A stretch of DNA of 64,000 bases from the NCBI GenBank assembly GCA_963676915.2, contig CAXXVK010000035.1:1-64000 (forward strand), given 5' to 3'. The translations under genes were made by a program, and so were the position numbers. This document shows positions 8,828 through 18,682 of this stretch, in pieces. Numbering within the stretch: the first letter of the stretch is position 1; the number at the start of each line of letters is the position of its first letter. The notes under the pieces were generated by a model, which saw only the letters and a list, made by a program, of their open reading frames with translations, was not told where the DNA came from and made no database searches. The DNA is from Myxococcota bacterium (GTDB taxonomy: Bacteria > Myxococcota_A > SURF-8 > G963663525).

Positions 8828-10675
8828 CTACTGCGGCTCCCGTTTCTCGCTGCGCTTCCGGTCGTTGTGGTCGAGGTGGCTTTTGCGGATACGGATGGAT
8901 TTCGGCGTGAACTCGGCGTATTCATCGTCGTTGATGAATTCGATCGCCTCTTCCACAGTCAGGGTGCGGTGAGGTTTGAGGAAGTTGGCCTCATCGGCGG
9001 CGGCGGCACGCATGTTGGTGAGTTTCTTGCTCTTTCCAGGGTTGACCACGATGTCCCGCGCCCGGTTGCGCTCGCCGATGACCTGCCCGGCATAAACTTT
9101 TTCGCCCGCCGGAACGAAAAACATGCCCCGGTCCTGCAATTTCCACAGGCCGAAGGTAACGGTCGTGCAGGTGTCCTGAACGATGATCGCGCCGCTGTTG
9201 CGCCCTTGCATCGGTCCCATGAAATCGGCGTATTCGTGGAAAACGTGGCTCAAAATGCCCATGCCGCGTGTGTCGGTCATGAACTGCGAACGATAGCCGA
9301 ACAGTCCCCGCGTAGGCACGATGAAGTCCAGCCGCGTACGTTCCCCGCGCATTTCGCGCATTCCGGTCATTCGTCCGCCGCGTCGGTTGAGCGCATCGAT
9401 CACCGTGCCCATATGTTCGTTGTTCACGTCGGCGACCACCGCTTCGTAGGGTTCCTGCTTGCGGCCATCTTCGTCCTCGTGCAGCACCACTTCGGGTCGC
9501 GACACCATGAACTCGTAGCCTTCGCGACGCATGGTTTCGATCAACACCGACAGGTGGAGTTCCCCACGCCCGGACACCACGAAAGCGTCCGCCTGGCTGG
9601 TCGGTTCCACCCGCAGCGAGACGTTGGAACGAATCTCTTTTTCCAAGCGTTCCTTGAGGTTCTGACTGGTGACGTATTTGCCTTCGTTACCCGAAAACGG
9701 ACCGGTGTTCGCCCGAAACGTCATCGAAACGGTGGGCGCATCGATCGTCATCAGCGGCAGAATCCGAGGATTTTCGATGGAGGTGATGGTTTCGCCGACG
9801 TTGAGGGAACTCATGCCGCTCAAGGTGACGATATCCCCGGCTACGGCTTCATTCAGATCGAAGCGGTTCAGCCCATGAAAACCGAACATCCGCATAATGC
9901 GGAATTCCTCACGAGAACCGTCCCGATGCACCAACAGCACCTGGTCTCCCACGGCAAAGCGACCGCTCGATACCCGCCCGGTGGCCATTGCTCCCAGGTA
10001 ATCGTCATGGTCGAAGGTTGCGACCTGCAAACAGGGAGACAATTCCTCGTCCACCTCCGGTGCGGGAACGTGGTCACGAATAATCTCGAACAGCGGTGAA
10101 AGATCCTTGGGTTCGTCGTCGAGCGAATGGACGGCGTAACCCTGCTTCGCCGAAGCGTATACCACCGGAAAATCCAACTGTTCGTCCGTGGCATCGAGGG
10201 AAATGAACAGGTCGAACACTTCATCCATCGCGCCGTCCGGGTCCGCGCCTTCGCGATCGATTTTGTTGAGCACGAGAATGGGCCGCAACCCCCGCGCCAA
10301 GGCTTTTTGGGTCACGAAACGGGTTTGGGGCATCGGTCCCTCGAAGGCGTCCACCAAAAGCAACACCGAATCGACCATCTGCATCACACGCTCGACCTCG
10401 CCGCCGAAATCGGCGTGGCCGGGAGTGTCCACCACGTTGATGTGCAACCCTTCGAAATCCATCGACGTGCATTTGGACAGGATCGTGATGCCCCGTTCAC
10501 GCTCCAGGCTGTTGGAATCCATTGCCCGGTCGATACCTTTTTCGTTACGTTTCAGGCTACCTGATTGTTCGAGCATCCGGTCTACCAGCGTGGTTTTGCC
10601 GTGGTCAACGTGCGCGATAATCGCCACGTTGCGAATATTGTCTTTGTTTCGTGTCGTCTGCGAGGAAGTCGTCAT
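8828..10675 (-). CDS. typA: Translational GTPase TypA/BipA
   Basis: '[18 protein letters not shown]', 'ERERGITI', '[14 protein letters not shown]', 'GRGELHL', 'KKLTNMRA'. Start set at ATG 10675. Confidence 0.97.
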   Translation of the reverse strand: MTTSSQTTRNKDNIRNVAIIAHVDHGKTTLVDRMLEQSGSLKRNEKGIDRAMDSNSLERERGITILSKCTSMDFEGLHINVVDTPGHADFGGEVERVMQMVDSVLLLVDAFEGPMPQTRFVTQKALARGLRPILVLNKIDREGADPDGAMDEVFDLFISLDATDEQLDFPVVYASAKQGYAVHSLDDEPKDLSPLFEIIRDHVPAPEVDEELSPCLQVATFDHDDYLGAMATGRVSSGRFAVGDQVLLVHRDGSREEFRIMRMFGFHGLNRFDLNEAVAGDIVTLSGMSSLNVGETITSIENPRILPLMTIDAPTVSMTFRANTGPFSGNEGKYVTSQNLKERLEKEIRSNVSLRVEPTSQADAFVVSGRGELHLSVLIETMRREGYEFMVSRPEVVLHEDEDGRKQEPYEAVVADVNNEHMGTVIDALNRRGGRMTGMREMRGERTRLDFIVPTRGLFGYRSQFMTDTRGMGILSHVFHEYADFMGPMQGRNSGAIIVQDTCTTVTFGLWKLQDRGMFFVPAGEKVYAGQVIGERNRARDIVVNPGKSKKLTNMRAAAADEANFLKPHRTLTVEEAIEFINDDEYAEFTPKSIRIRKSHLDHNDRKRSEKREPQ

Positions 10676-10861
10676 GATCGCGTATCCAAAATAGAGAAAA
10701 GAAAAACACGGGGTTTTCGAGCATCCCGTCAAGGTCTGGCTTCATCTCACATCTCGCCCCAAGATGCAAGCCCGGAACCCGAAAGTGTGGAAATTATATC
10801 GATTTTTATCAATTCGTACCGATACGTGAGCTTTCGACCGCCGGTTTTTTTTCATCACAAC

Positions 10862-10890
10862 AAAAACCGGCGGTCCTTTCGAACCGCCGG
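10862..10890 (-). terminator. Intrinsic terminator of the large lipoprotein gene
   Basis: On the minus strand: CCGGCGGT-tcgaaagg-ACCGCCGG followed by TTTTT. Confidence 0.65.
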
Positions 10891-10920
10891 GAGAAAAATC
10901 CTTTTCGGATGGGTTATGAC

Positions 10921-13900
10921 TTACAGTCCGTTAAAGTCGGAATTCGATCCCAGGGTGCGAATCACCGTTCCGGCCTGGAGGTCGATGAAGATGATTTCGT
11001 GGTTGTCCGTCGAGGCGACCACATAGGCTCCCGTAATGGGATCGATGGCCATACCTTGCGGGTTGTTAAGCATGTAGAAATCTTCGTTCACCATGTCGCC
11101 GATCGAGTCAAGGCTGGCGGGATTGTCCGTATCTCTCGGGTACAGCACCGCTTTCGAGGGGTCTTGGTGCGGACCGTAAAGAATGTAATGTTTGGATTCG
11201 TCCACCATGTTGATCTTGTTCGCCTGGCTGGCCAGATCCAAGGTCGCTTTGTCGATCTTGCTGATGTACCCTGACTGGTCGGGTACGGTGTTCGTGTTAC
11301 GGAACGGCCATTTTTTGCCTTTCCCACTGTAGTGCAGCATCAGAAGGTTGCCGTCGGCGTCGAACATCATGTAGGTCACGTAAAGCGTTACGCCGTACTT
11401 GCCGATTTCTTCGGGTAAACCGTAAGCTCCGTCCACCATTTTCATCCGGTACAAGCGACTGTTGTTGGCGATGTACAGCCACTTACGGGAGTCGATTGCA
11501 ATGGCATCCATCGCTTTGGTCGTATCCCAGATGATTTCGCCATCGGGGTAGTTCGGATCTTCGTAGACGTTGCCGTTGGCATCCACCGGGAAGCGGCGCA
11601 CGTCCTTCTTGTTGTTTTCTACAACGTACATCCACTCGAAATCGGGATCGAAGCAGAAAGCCGGCGCTTTGGAAAGCCCTCGTTCATTGTCCATGTTACC
11701 GACCGAGAACCGAACCGTACCATCGATATCACCGTTGTGATTGTCCGGCTGGCTGGAACTGGATAACTGACCATATTCGTCCGGGACGATCTTCCACACA
11801 CCGTCATCGTTGTTGATGTGATCGTCGGTAGTGTAAATCGCTCCGTTGGGACCGACCGAAATGGCACCGACGCGGTAATCTTTCCATTTGGGATCCTGAC
11901 GCGACATGTCGACGAGGTACACCTGGCCGGTGGGATGCATCTGTGGATCGACCGACATCACGGTGCCGTACTTGACGCTTTCGTGGGTCACACGGCCACC
12001 CAGGTACATCGTGCCATCGGGACCGAAGGCCACGGACGTGGGATACTCGACGCCTTCGTAATGGACCGGCAGGGTTTCGCCGTTCGGGTCGCAGGATTCG
12101 CCATAACCGTCATGGTCCGGGTCGTATTGATCGACGTTGGAATCGAAGGGGCAATTGTCCGAAAGGTTCGGAATACCGTCGCCGTCCAGATCGAGGTCCA
12201 CGCAATCGGCGATGCCGTCGCTGTCGGTGTCGTCGAAGTCTTCGTCCACACTTCCGTCATTATCGTTGTCGATACCGTCGCAAATCTCTTCTTCCACCAT
12301 CTCCCAGGGACTTGCGCAACGGAAACCGACGGCAGCGTCTTCCAGAATCGGTGGTAGAGCCTTACGATAGCTTACACGAGTCTGTCGTGGATCGCTGGAG
12401 TATCCACCGCCGCGAACCACCTTGTAGCTGCAATTTTCCACGCAGGCCGGGTCGCCGTCACAAAGCTCGATGCAATCCTCTTTCGTGGTGTACTTCGGAT
12501 TGACAAAAGGATCGGAAGATGTCGAAGGCTGATACTCATAGAGCCAGTCCGCCACCCATTCGCCGACGTTTCCGGCCATATCGTACAGGCAATGACCGCC
12601 GAAGCAATGAGTACCGTCTTGGGCCGGATTATCACCATTGAAGCTTCCCACGTCCATCGGAGCATCCAGATTGCTTTCGTTGCTGGCGCAACGGTTGGCG
12701 TCCCAGGTCGCTCCCCAGGGCCAGAGGTCATCATCCAGACCGCGTGCGGCAAACTCCCATTCCGCTTCCGTGGGCAAACGAAGTCCCAGCGTATTGCAGT
12801 AGTCGAACGCCGCTTCCCATGGCAGACCGGATACCGGCTTCAGATTGCCACCCGGAGAGTGGTAAGCCGTTTCTTCGGACGGAACGAGGTGACAACCCGT
12901 GACACAAATCCCCGCTTCCGTACAATGATACTGGTCGGGACAATTAGCCTGAAGGTCGTCAAGAGTGAATTCGCACTCTACATCGGATTCCAGATAACGG
13001 TCCATACAAGCCTTGTATTCCAGCACGGTCACTTCACGCTGCATCATGATGAACGGTTCGAGTTCCACCCAATGCTTCGGCACCTCATCCAAATACGGTT
13101 GCTCGTCGGTGTTGTAGGAGGGATCTTCGTCAAGTCCCATCGGAGCGACGGACCAGGGAAGCGGCACATAGCCGGGTTCGACCTCCTGGCTTTCCACCGT
13201 GATCATGAAATGGCGGGTATCGGACCATAGTCCAGCCCCGTTGACCGCACGAACGTGCATGTAATACGTGCCCGCCAGCGGAGCGCTCTGATCATCGATG
13301 TGTGCGGACGTCGTATCAACCACTGTGTCGGGCACGGTACCAGCTTGATCGTCGAACACGAACGAATATCCCGCGATGCCGGAAACGTCGCTGGCGACGA
13401 AATCGAAGACAGGATCGTAGCTGTCATAGGATTGCTCCGGCGACGGGTGGGTTGAGGAGGTAACTTCCGGCAGTTCCGGCGGTGTTGTATCGATGCGGAA
13501 TTCGTAGGTTGTGGATTCACCCCAGTTATCCGAATCGTCCTTGGCTTTGACGTGGAAATACCAGATGCCATCGTCCAGATCGTTGAAATCGATCGACCCG
13601 GAATCGTCCTCTGTGACGCCTGTGGGGCCATTGGAGCACACTGGCAGCGAGGCATCCACAGTATCGGCACCGGCCTGGGTGGTGGCACTGAAGGATGTTT
13701 GCGCCCCCAAGGCTCCGGCAATGGCGTCGCCAAGGATGAAGTCGTCGAAGTCCGCACCGGATACCTGCAAAGTGCCACGCACGAGACCACGTTGATCCAT
13801 CAGCATGTAAGCGGCGAGAATATCTGAACTAATCGGGTTTGTGGCAATGATATTGTTGATGTAGAACTCGAAGGTTGCCGCCTGTCCGTCGGTCACCAGC

Positions 13901-15963
13901 ACGTTGTTGATGAATTCCACGTCGGCGATCAAGACATCGGTGTATCCGTTCACACAGTCTCTCAGCTTGATTTTAAATCCACGCTCGATCGTGCGGTCCA
14001 CGAGGTAATAACGATTGGAATATACACGATCTTTGTCGATCACGAGGGTGGGGAAAATCACCTGTGCGCGAGGCGCCCAGTCGCCGCAATCGTTCCCGTA
14101 GCCGCTGTAATCGTTGAGTTCATCCGTGGACGGATCGGTGTTGACGATCTGGCTCGGGGAGATCAACTCCAGCGTCTCGTAAAAACCGTCTTCGGGATAG
14201 CCCGAACCCGTGGGACCGTCGAACAGGTTGGCCGTTCCCATGAATGCCATGCCCTGACTGTCCAACTCGACGTAACATTTGCAGGTTTCCATTTCGGCGT
14301 TGTGATTGAAATCGAAGCCGACGGGAGCGAACGTGAATACATCCTCGAAGAACAGCGGCTCGTCGAAGCTCATCGGGCTGATACGCACGAGGTTTCCGTT
14401 GTCCGTTCCGGCGTAGAGGTAACCATCCGGGTGCCAGCCCATGGAACTGAGCCCCGTGTATTCCAGCAAGGTGTCGATGGGTTCTTCGTATCCGGAATAC
14501 ATATCCACGGTCGTGATTTCGCTCATGACGCCTGAATCGACCAGATAGGTGATGTACAGCAGACCGGTCGGAGCATACGAGCAGGTCATGATGTTGTCCG
14601 GCAGGTTGTCCGCAACCTGTTCGAAACCATTGGAGTACCGCCACACCTTGTCGCCGGAAACCATCATCAGCAGTCCGTTGTGGGTCGCTCCCATGCAAAG
14701 GACGTTATCTGCCGTACCGTCACCTTCGAAGTCGATGTAGTTGCCATCCAAGATCACTTCTTCGACCGGAATGTTGGTGCCGACTTTGTTTTCGAGGTCG
14801 ATACGGATCAGGTGATCGCGTCCCAGAGTATCCCGCGCCATGGCGAGGAACTCGGACACTTGATTTTTCTCGTTGTCCTCATACTCGCGCACGATGAGAT
14901 CGTGGGTGTAGGTCGGTACGAACGAGGTGGAGGAAAAGTCCAGCGTACCCAAAGGCAATGCACTGGCGCTGGGGGCGTAAAGATCGAGGAAAAACAGCGT
15001 CTTATCGTCTCTCAAAGCGTAGCCGCGATAAGTGTAGGCGTCCTTTCCGGAACCGAAACAGGCACAATAGCCTTCCTCGAACGGCTCTCGGCAGGGAGTA
15101 TCGACATTGTCTTCGGTGCCGTAATCCATTTCGTTGTCCGGTTCCGTGTCGGAAACGTGGTCCAGCACGTAGCTGAAGCCGTCGATTCCGAACACGCCGC
15201 TGGGAGCCGAAACCGGGTCGGTGGCTTCGAAGTCTATGGTGACATCATTCGCCACAGCCCAGGCTTGACTGTCGGGATGGGTGGGGGAATCCACTTTCGG
15301 GGCGTCGGGTTCCACCTCGTCGATGTACCGGACATAGTAGTCATCCTGCGTAACCTCGGGATACATCACGTAGCCACTACCGGGCGAGTAATGCACCGAC
15401 CGCTCGACGTTCCAGTCCAGGATCAGAATATTGAGCAGGGCATTGTCGATTTCGGGGATGTCGATCTCGATTTTGATGCTGTTGTTGCCCACAGTCGGCA
15501 GAATGTGCATGTCATGCTCGATACCGTCGACGGTAACGGTGGCGGTAGGATCCAGCACAAGACGGATCTTCGAGTACAAAGCCGCCGGGATCTGCGCCAC
15601 ACCAATGGTCGCCATCACACCGTAGCGAAGATCAAGCAAATTCAGCAACTTAGGTCCGCCATCGAAATTGAGACTCAACCAGCCGGTATCGGCCAGCACC
15701 TGGACATCTTCGATCGTCACGGTACAGGCTTCGATACCTCGGAGAGGATGGTCTCTGAGCATGACCTTCAACGTCGGCGCATCCGAGGGAAGATCCAATG
15801 TTTTCGGGTTGATCACCGGGAGGTTGTCCTCGGAAACCAGCGGTTGTTCCGAAACAGGTGAATCGGAAACCGAACAACCCGTTAGAGTCGAAAAGGCCGA
15901 AACAAGTACAATAAGAAGGAAAAGTCCGACACGTTTCGAGGAGGAATGATTTGAAGTAATCAT
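10921..15963 (-). CDS. Giant modular lipoprotein: DUF4382-like, Ig-like repeats, beta-propeller, FGE-sulfatase (SUMF1-like), thrombospondin type-3 repeats, C-terminal NHL-like propeller
   Basis: Lipobox LTGC; 'LLNLLDL...YSKIRLVL...ILDWNVERSV'; 'RLPTEAEWEFAARG', 'DMAGNVGEW', 'RGG', 'GFRCA'; 'DGDGIPNLSDNCP...DQYDPDHDGYGESCD'. ATG 15963 has an AGGAGA RBS. Confidence 0.8.
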   Translation of the reverse strand: MITSNHSSSKRVGLFLLIVLVSAFSTLTGCSVSDSPVSEQPLVSEDNLPVINPKTLDLPSDAPTLKVMLRDHPLRGIEACTVTIEDVQVLADTGWLSLNFDGGPKLLNLLDLRYGVMATIGVAQIPAALYSKIRLVLDPTATVTVDGIEHDMHILPTVGNNSIKIEIDIPEIDNALLNILILDWNVERSVHYSPGSGYVMYPEVTQDDYYVRYIDEVEPDAPKVDSPTHPDSQAWAVANDVTIDFEATDPVSAPSGVFGIDGFSYVLDHVSDTEPDNEMDYGTEDNVDTPCREPFEEGYCACFGSGKDAYTYRGYALRDDKTLFFLDLYAPSASALPLGTLDFSSTSFVPTYTHDLIVREYEDNEKNQVSEFLAMARDTLGRDHLIRIDLENKVGTNIPVEEVILDGNYIDFEGDGTADNVLCMGATHNGLLMMVSGDKVWRYSNGFEQVADNLPDNIMTCSYAPTGLLYITYLVDSGVMSEITTVDMYSGYEEPIDTLLEYTGLSSMGWHPDGYLYAGTDNGNLVRISPMSFDEPLFFEDVFTFAPVGFDFNHNAEMETCKCYVELDSQGMAFMGTANLFDGPTGSGYPEDGFYETLELISPSQIVNTDPSTDELNDYSGYGNDCGDWAPRAQVIFPTLVIDKDRVYSNRYYLVDRTIERGFKIKLRDCVNGYTDVLIADVEFINNVLVTDGQAATFEFYINNIIATNPISSDILAAYMLMDQRGLVRGTLQVSGADFDDFILGDAIAGALGAQTSFSATTQAGADTVDASLPVCSNGPTGVTEDDSGSIDFNDLDDGIWYFHVKAKDDSDNWGESTTYEFRIDTTPPELPEVTSSTHPSPEQSYDSYDPVFDFVASDVSGIAGYSFVFDDQAGTVPDTVVDTTSAHIDDQSAPLAGTYYMHVRAVNGAGLWSDTRHFMITVESQEVEPGYVPLPWSVAPMGLDEDPSYNTDEQPYLDEVPKHWVELEPFIMMQREVTVLEYKACMDRYLESDVECEFTLDDLQANCPDQYHCTEAGICVTGCHLVPSEETAYHSPGGNLKPVSGLPWEAAFDYCNTLGLRLPTEAEWEFAARGLDDDLWPWGATWDANRCASNESNLDAPMDVGSFNGDNPAQDGTHCFGGHCLYDMAGNVGEWVADWLYEYQPSTSSDPFVNPKYTTKEDCIELCDGDPACVENCSYKVVRGGGYSSDPRQTRVSYRKALPPILEDAAVGFRCASPWEMVEEEICDGIDNDNDGSVDEDFDDTDSDGIADCVDLDLDGDGIPNLSDNCPFDSNVDQYDPDHDGYGESCDPNGETLPVHYEGVEYPTSVAFGPDGTMYLGGRVTHESVKYGTVMSVDPQMHPTGQVYLVDMSRQDPKWKDYRVGAISVGPNGAIYTTDDHINNDDGVWKIVPDEYGQLSSSSQPDNHNGDIDGTVRFSVGNMDNERGLSKAPAFCFDPDFEWMYVVENNKKDVRRFPVDANGNVYEDPNYPDGEIIWDTTKAMDAIAIDSRKWLYIANNSRLYRMKMVDGAYGLPEEIGKYGVTLYVTYMMFDADGNLLMLHYSGKGKKWPFRNTNTVPDQSGYISKIDKATLDLASQANKINMVDESKHYILYGPHQDPSKAVLYPRDTDNPASLDSIGDMVNEDFYMLNNPQGMAIDPITGAYVVASTDNHEIIFIDLQAGTVIRTLGSNSDFNGL

Positions 15964-16364
15964 GGGATTCTCCTTTGTCCTTGCACATTTTTTCATGCTG
16001 TGAAGAATTATTTGCATAGTTGCTCTTCTATGTCAATTTTATTTACAAAAAGCTTGAAATTCCTTAATCCATAACAATACGTCCCATAATACAGGTGTTT
16101 TATAGAAGATTGGTTTCTCCGCACCATGGAAACGACTTGTTTTTTCGAGAGCATCATCCGAAAATCCTTTTAAGGAACCGTACCGCTTAAATAATAGTCG
16201 CAATTTTCACGCCAACCCCTTCTCAAACCACGGAAATCGTACTTTCACGAACATTCGATAGAGCGGAGGTTGATGAGGCGACTTCTAGACTTGTGTAATT
16301 TTTTCGAACACACTCAAAGTCGTGCAACGTAAAGGATCGTGTAAGCCCCCCGCTCGCCATGGAT

Positions 16365-18659
16365 TCACCCTTTCAGTTTTCCAAGGTTGACCCAACCGTT
16401 GTGATACAGAACGTGCTTGCATTTCGTGGTGTCCACCTTCGTTCCCGGTACACGAAGAGACACAAGCCGGAACAGAAGCGCTTGTTTGTCGTCTTTTCCA
16501 GGATCAAGCTCCAGGTTGGGTTGCAGCTCCGCCGGATGAACCACGATATTTTCGGTGCCGATGTCGATGGAAGCTCCCATGCGACCGTATTGGGTGGCCA
16601 TTTCCCGCAAGCGATCCGTATCGCGAACGGAAAGTCCCCGGATTTTTTCGAAGATCGTCGGCTGCCCCGAAAACAGCGCGCTTGTAAATAAAAGCGGCAA
16701 AAGGGAAGGAATTTCAGCGGCATCCACGTGGTGAGGCTGCAGGATGTCCATTTCCTCGATCCACTTTCGGATTCGACGACAGCGCGGACCGAGATTTTCG
16801 TCCACATTCAACAGGTTGATTTCCTTGCCCAACAACCAGCCGGTATAAATCAGCATGGCGGCAATGGAATCGTCGAAACCGACTTTGTATTCCCCGCTAT
16901 GGTAGCGCCCATGAGGAACGACAAGGGTTTGCCGGTCGGGACGATCCACCGGAACGCCGAAGGTTTCCATCACTTTGAGTGTGGATTCGATGTAAGGCGA
17001 GTAGGCCGAGCCGCCCAGCAGATGAAGGGTCAGGCCGTCTTTCAGAATCGGAGCCATCAATACCAGACCGGCGGCGAGGTTGTCGTTGTCGCTGGTATCG
17101 ATTCCCGTGGATTTCGGTGGGTTATTGTCCACGATGAAGTGAATTTTCTCGTTTTGTTCGCCGCTGCGGGAAATCCTCACACCGAGCGCTTCGAGCGTCA
17201 TCAGCAACCCGGCCAATGGACGATGCACCAGCGAAGGACCGAGATGAAGCTGCATTCCCCCCTTGACCACCAGCGAAAGAGACGCCAGTTGACGCAGGAC
17301 CGACCCGCCGTGCTCGATTTCGATTTCCTCTGAAGATTCAAGCACATCGGGTGGAATCAGACGCCAGGCAAAACCTTCGGATTCGACCTGAACCCCGAGC
17401 TCCCGCAAAGCAACACGTAACTCTGCCGTTTGCAATGAATCCAGTGGGCCGTTGATCAACGACGGTCCGTCGGCCATTGCGGCACAGGTGATCATGTCGA
17501 GGGTTTCGCCACGGGAAGGAGCCACCATCAGTTCGATGGCTTTTCCTAAATGTCGTACACCGGAATGCGCCGGGCGGGGGGCAATGTGCTCCCAGGCTTT
17601 CAGCACGTCCGATTCGCGGACGATTTCGGGCTGGCAATCTTCGTGCATCAACCCAATTCCATTTGGTAAACAAAGCCTTATCCGATTGTCTACCCATTGG
17701 CGGTCTGCCTCGATAGCGCGGCTCAGTAACTCACCAGGTACCGGCTCCCAGCATTCCGGAAGCTGGAAATTTCCCATAACAGCCCGAATTCTCTCAAAAG
17801 ATTTCAAATCGAGAATGTTTTTTTCCACCGCGATACGGCATTCGACGAGAATCCCCAAGGCGACCGCCTCGGCGCGGGTAATCGTGTAATTGAGAGCACG
17901 CTGCAAAATTCGAGAGGTCGGCAGACCGATTTGCAGGGCGGCGTGATTTTCCCCCAGCTTTTCGGTCGCCACAAAGCGCGCTTTGACCGCAAGACTGTAA
18001 TAAATCAGCTTTTTCAGGTCGGGTTGATTGCGTGCGGACTGGTTCGTCAATCGCTCCAGACGTTCGAACAACAAAGCGTCGCCGACGATGGCATGCCGGA
18101 TGATTTCGGCCCAGCCGTTGGCCCATTCGTCGTCGGGAAGATTTTCGAGAAGTTTTGTATCAACCCAGGAGCCGAACGGCGGATGAAACGCTCCCAACAG
18201 GTTGCGACCGGCCGGGGCATGAATCCCCGTTTTACCGCCGACGGCCATTTCCGCCTGAGCCAGCAACGTTGTAGGAATCTTGATATGGGGAATGCCGTGA
18301 AGGTAGGAAGCCGCCACATAGCCCGCCAGATCCAGTGTCACGCCGCCACCCAGAGCCAGAATCAGGGAATCTTCACCCAGTCCCAACTCGAACATGCGGT
18401 CTTCGATCAGCGCCTTGGCATCCCGCGATTTGCTGGCTTCTCCCGAGGGAAACGAGATTTTATGCACGTTTTTCCCGCTTTCGGCGGCCAGATTCGCGAT
18501 CAGGTCGCCGAACTGCTCCATCACCGGTTCATCGGAAACCACGACACAATGGGAAATCGTTTCTGGAATGAACATTGGAAGGGTTTGAAGCACACCTTCC
18601 CCAAGGATCAGGAAAGAGAGCTGATTGTCTCCATAATCGACATCGATTCGCTTGGTCAT
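16365..18659 (-). CDS. Fusion of 3-dehydroquinate synthase-like and EPSP synthase-like domains, both apparently catalytically degenerate
   Basis: N-terminal half has 'GEASKS', 'ALGGGVTLDLAG', 'PTTLLAQ..AVGGKTG', 'NLLGAF'. C-terminal half has 'RPLAGL', 'SPYIESTLKVMETFGV', 'DTDRL'. The ORF is uninterrupted. Confidence 0.85.
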   Translation of the reverse strand: MTKRIDVDYGDNQLSFLILGEGVLQTLPMFIPETISHCVVVSDEPVMEQFGDLIANLAAESGKNVHKISFPSGEASKSRDAKALIEDRMFELGLGEDSLILALGGGVTLDLAGYVAASYLHGIPHIKIPTTLLAQAEMAVGGKTGIHAPAGRNLLGAFHPPFGSWVDTKLLENLPDDEWANGWAEIIRHAIVGDALLFERLERLTNQSARNQPDLKKLIYYSLAVKARFVATEKLGENHAALQIGLPTSRILQRALNYTITRAEAVALGILVECRIAVEKNILDLKSFERIRAVMGNFQLPECWEPVPGELLSRAIEADRQWVDNRIRLCLPNGIGLMHEDCQPEIVRESDVLKAWEHIAPRPAHSGVRHLGKAIELMVAPSRGETLDMITCAAMADGPSLINGPLDSLQTAELRVALRELGVQVESEGFAWRLIPPDVLESSEEIEIEHGGSVLRQLASLSLVVKGGMQLHLGPSLVHRPLAGLLMTLEALGVRISRSGEQNEKIHFIVDNNPPKSTGIDTSDNDNLAAGLVLMAPILKDGLTLHLLGGSAYSPYIESTLKVMETFGVPVDRPDRQTLVVPHGRYHSGEYKVGFDDSIAAMLIYTGWLLGKEINLLNVDENLGPRCRRIRKWIEEMDILQPHHVDAAEIPSLLPLLFTSALFSGQPTIFEKIRGLSVRDTDRLREMATQYGRMGASIDIGTENIVVHPAELQPNLELDPGKDDKQALLFRLVSLRVPGTKVDTTKCKHVLYHNGWVNLGKLKG

Positions 18660-18682
18660 AACGCCCCGTTTAGCAAGATTTT

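Noticed and set aside
12310-13150. FGE-sulfatase (C-type-lectin-like) domain as a diversity-generating retroelement target
   Set aside because: No reverse transcriptase or template repeat was seen in the window, and the domain is internal rather than C-terminal.
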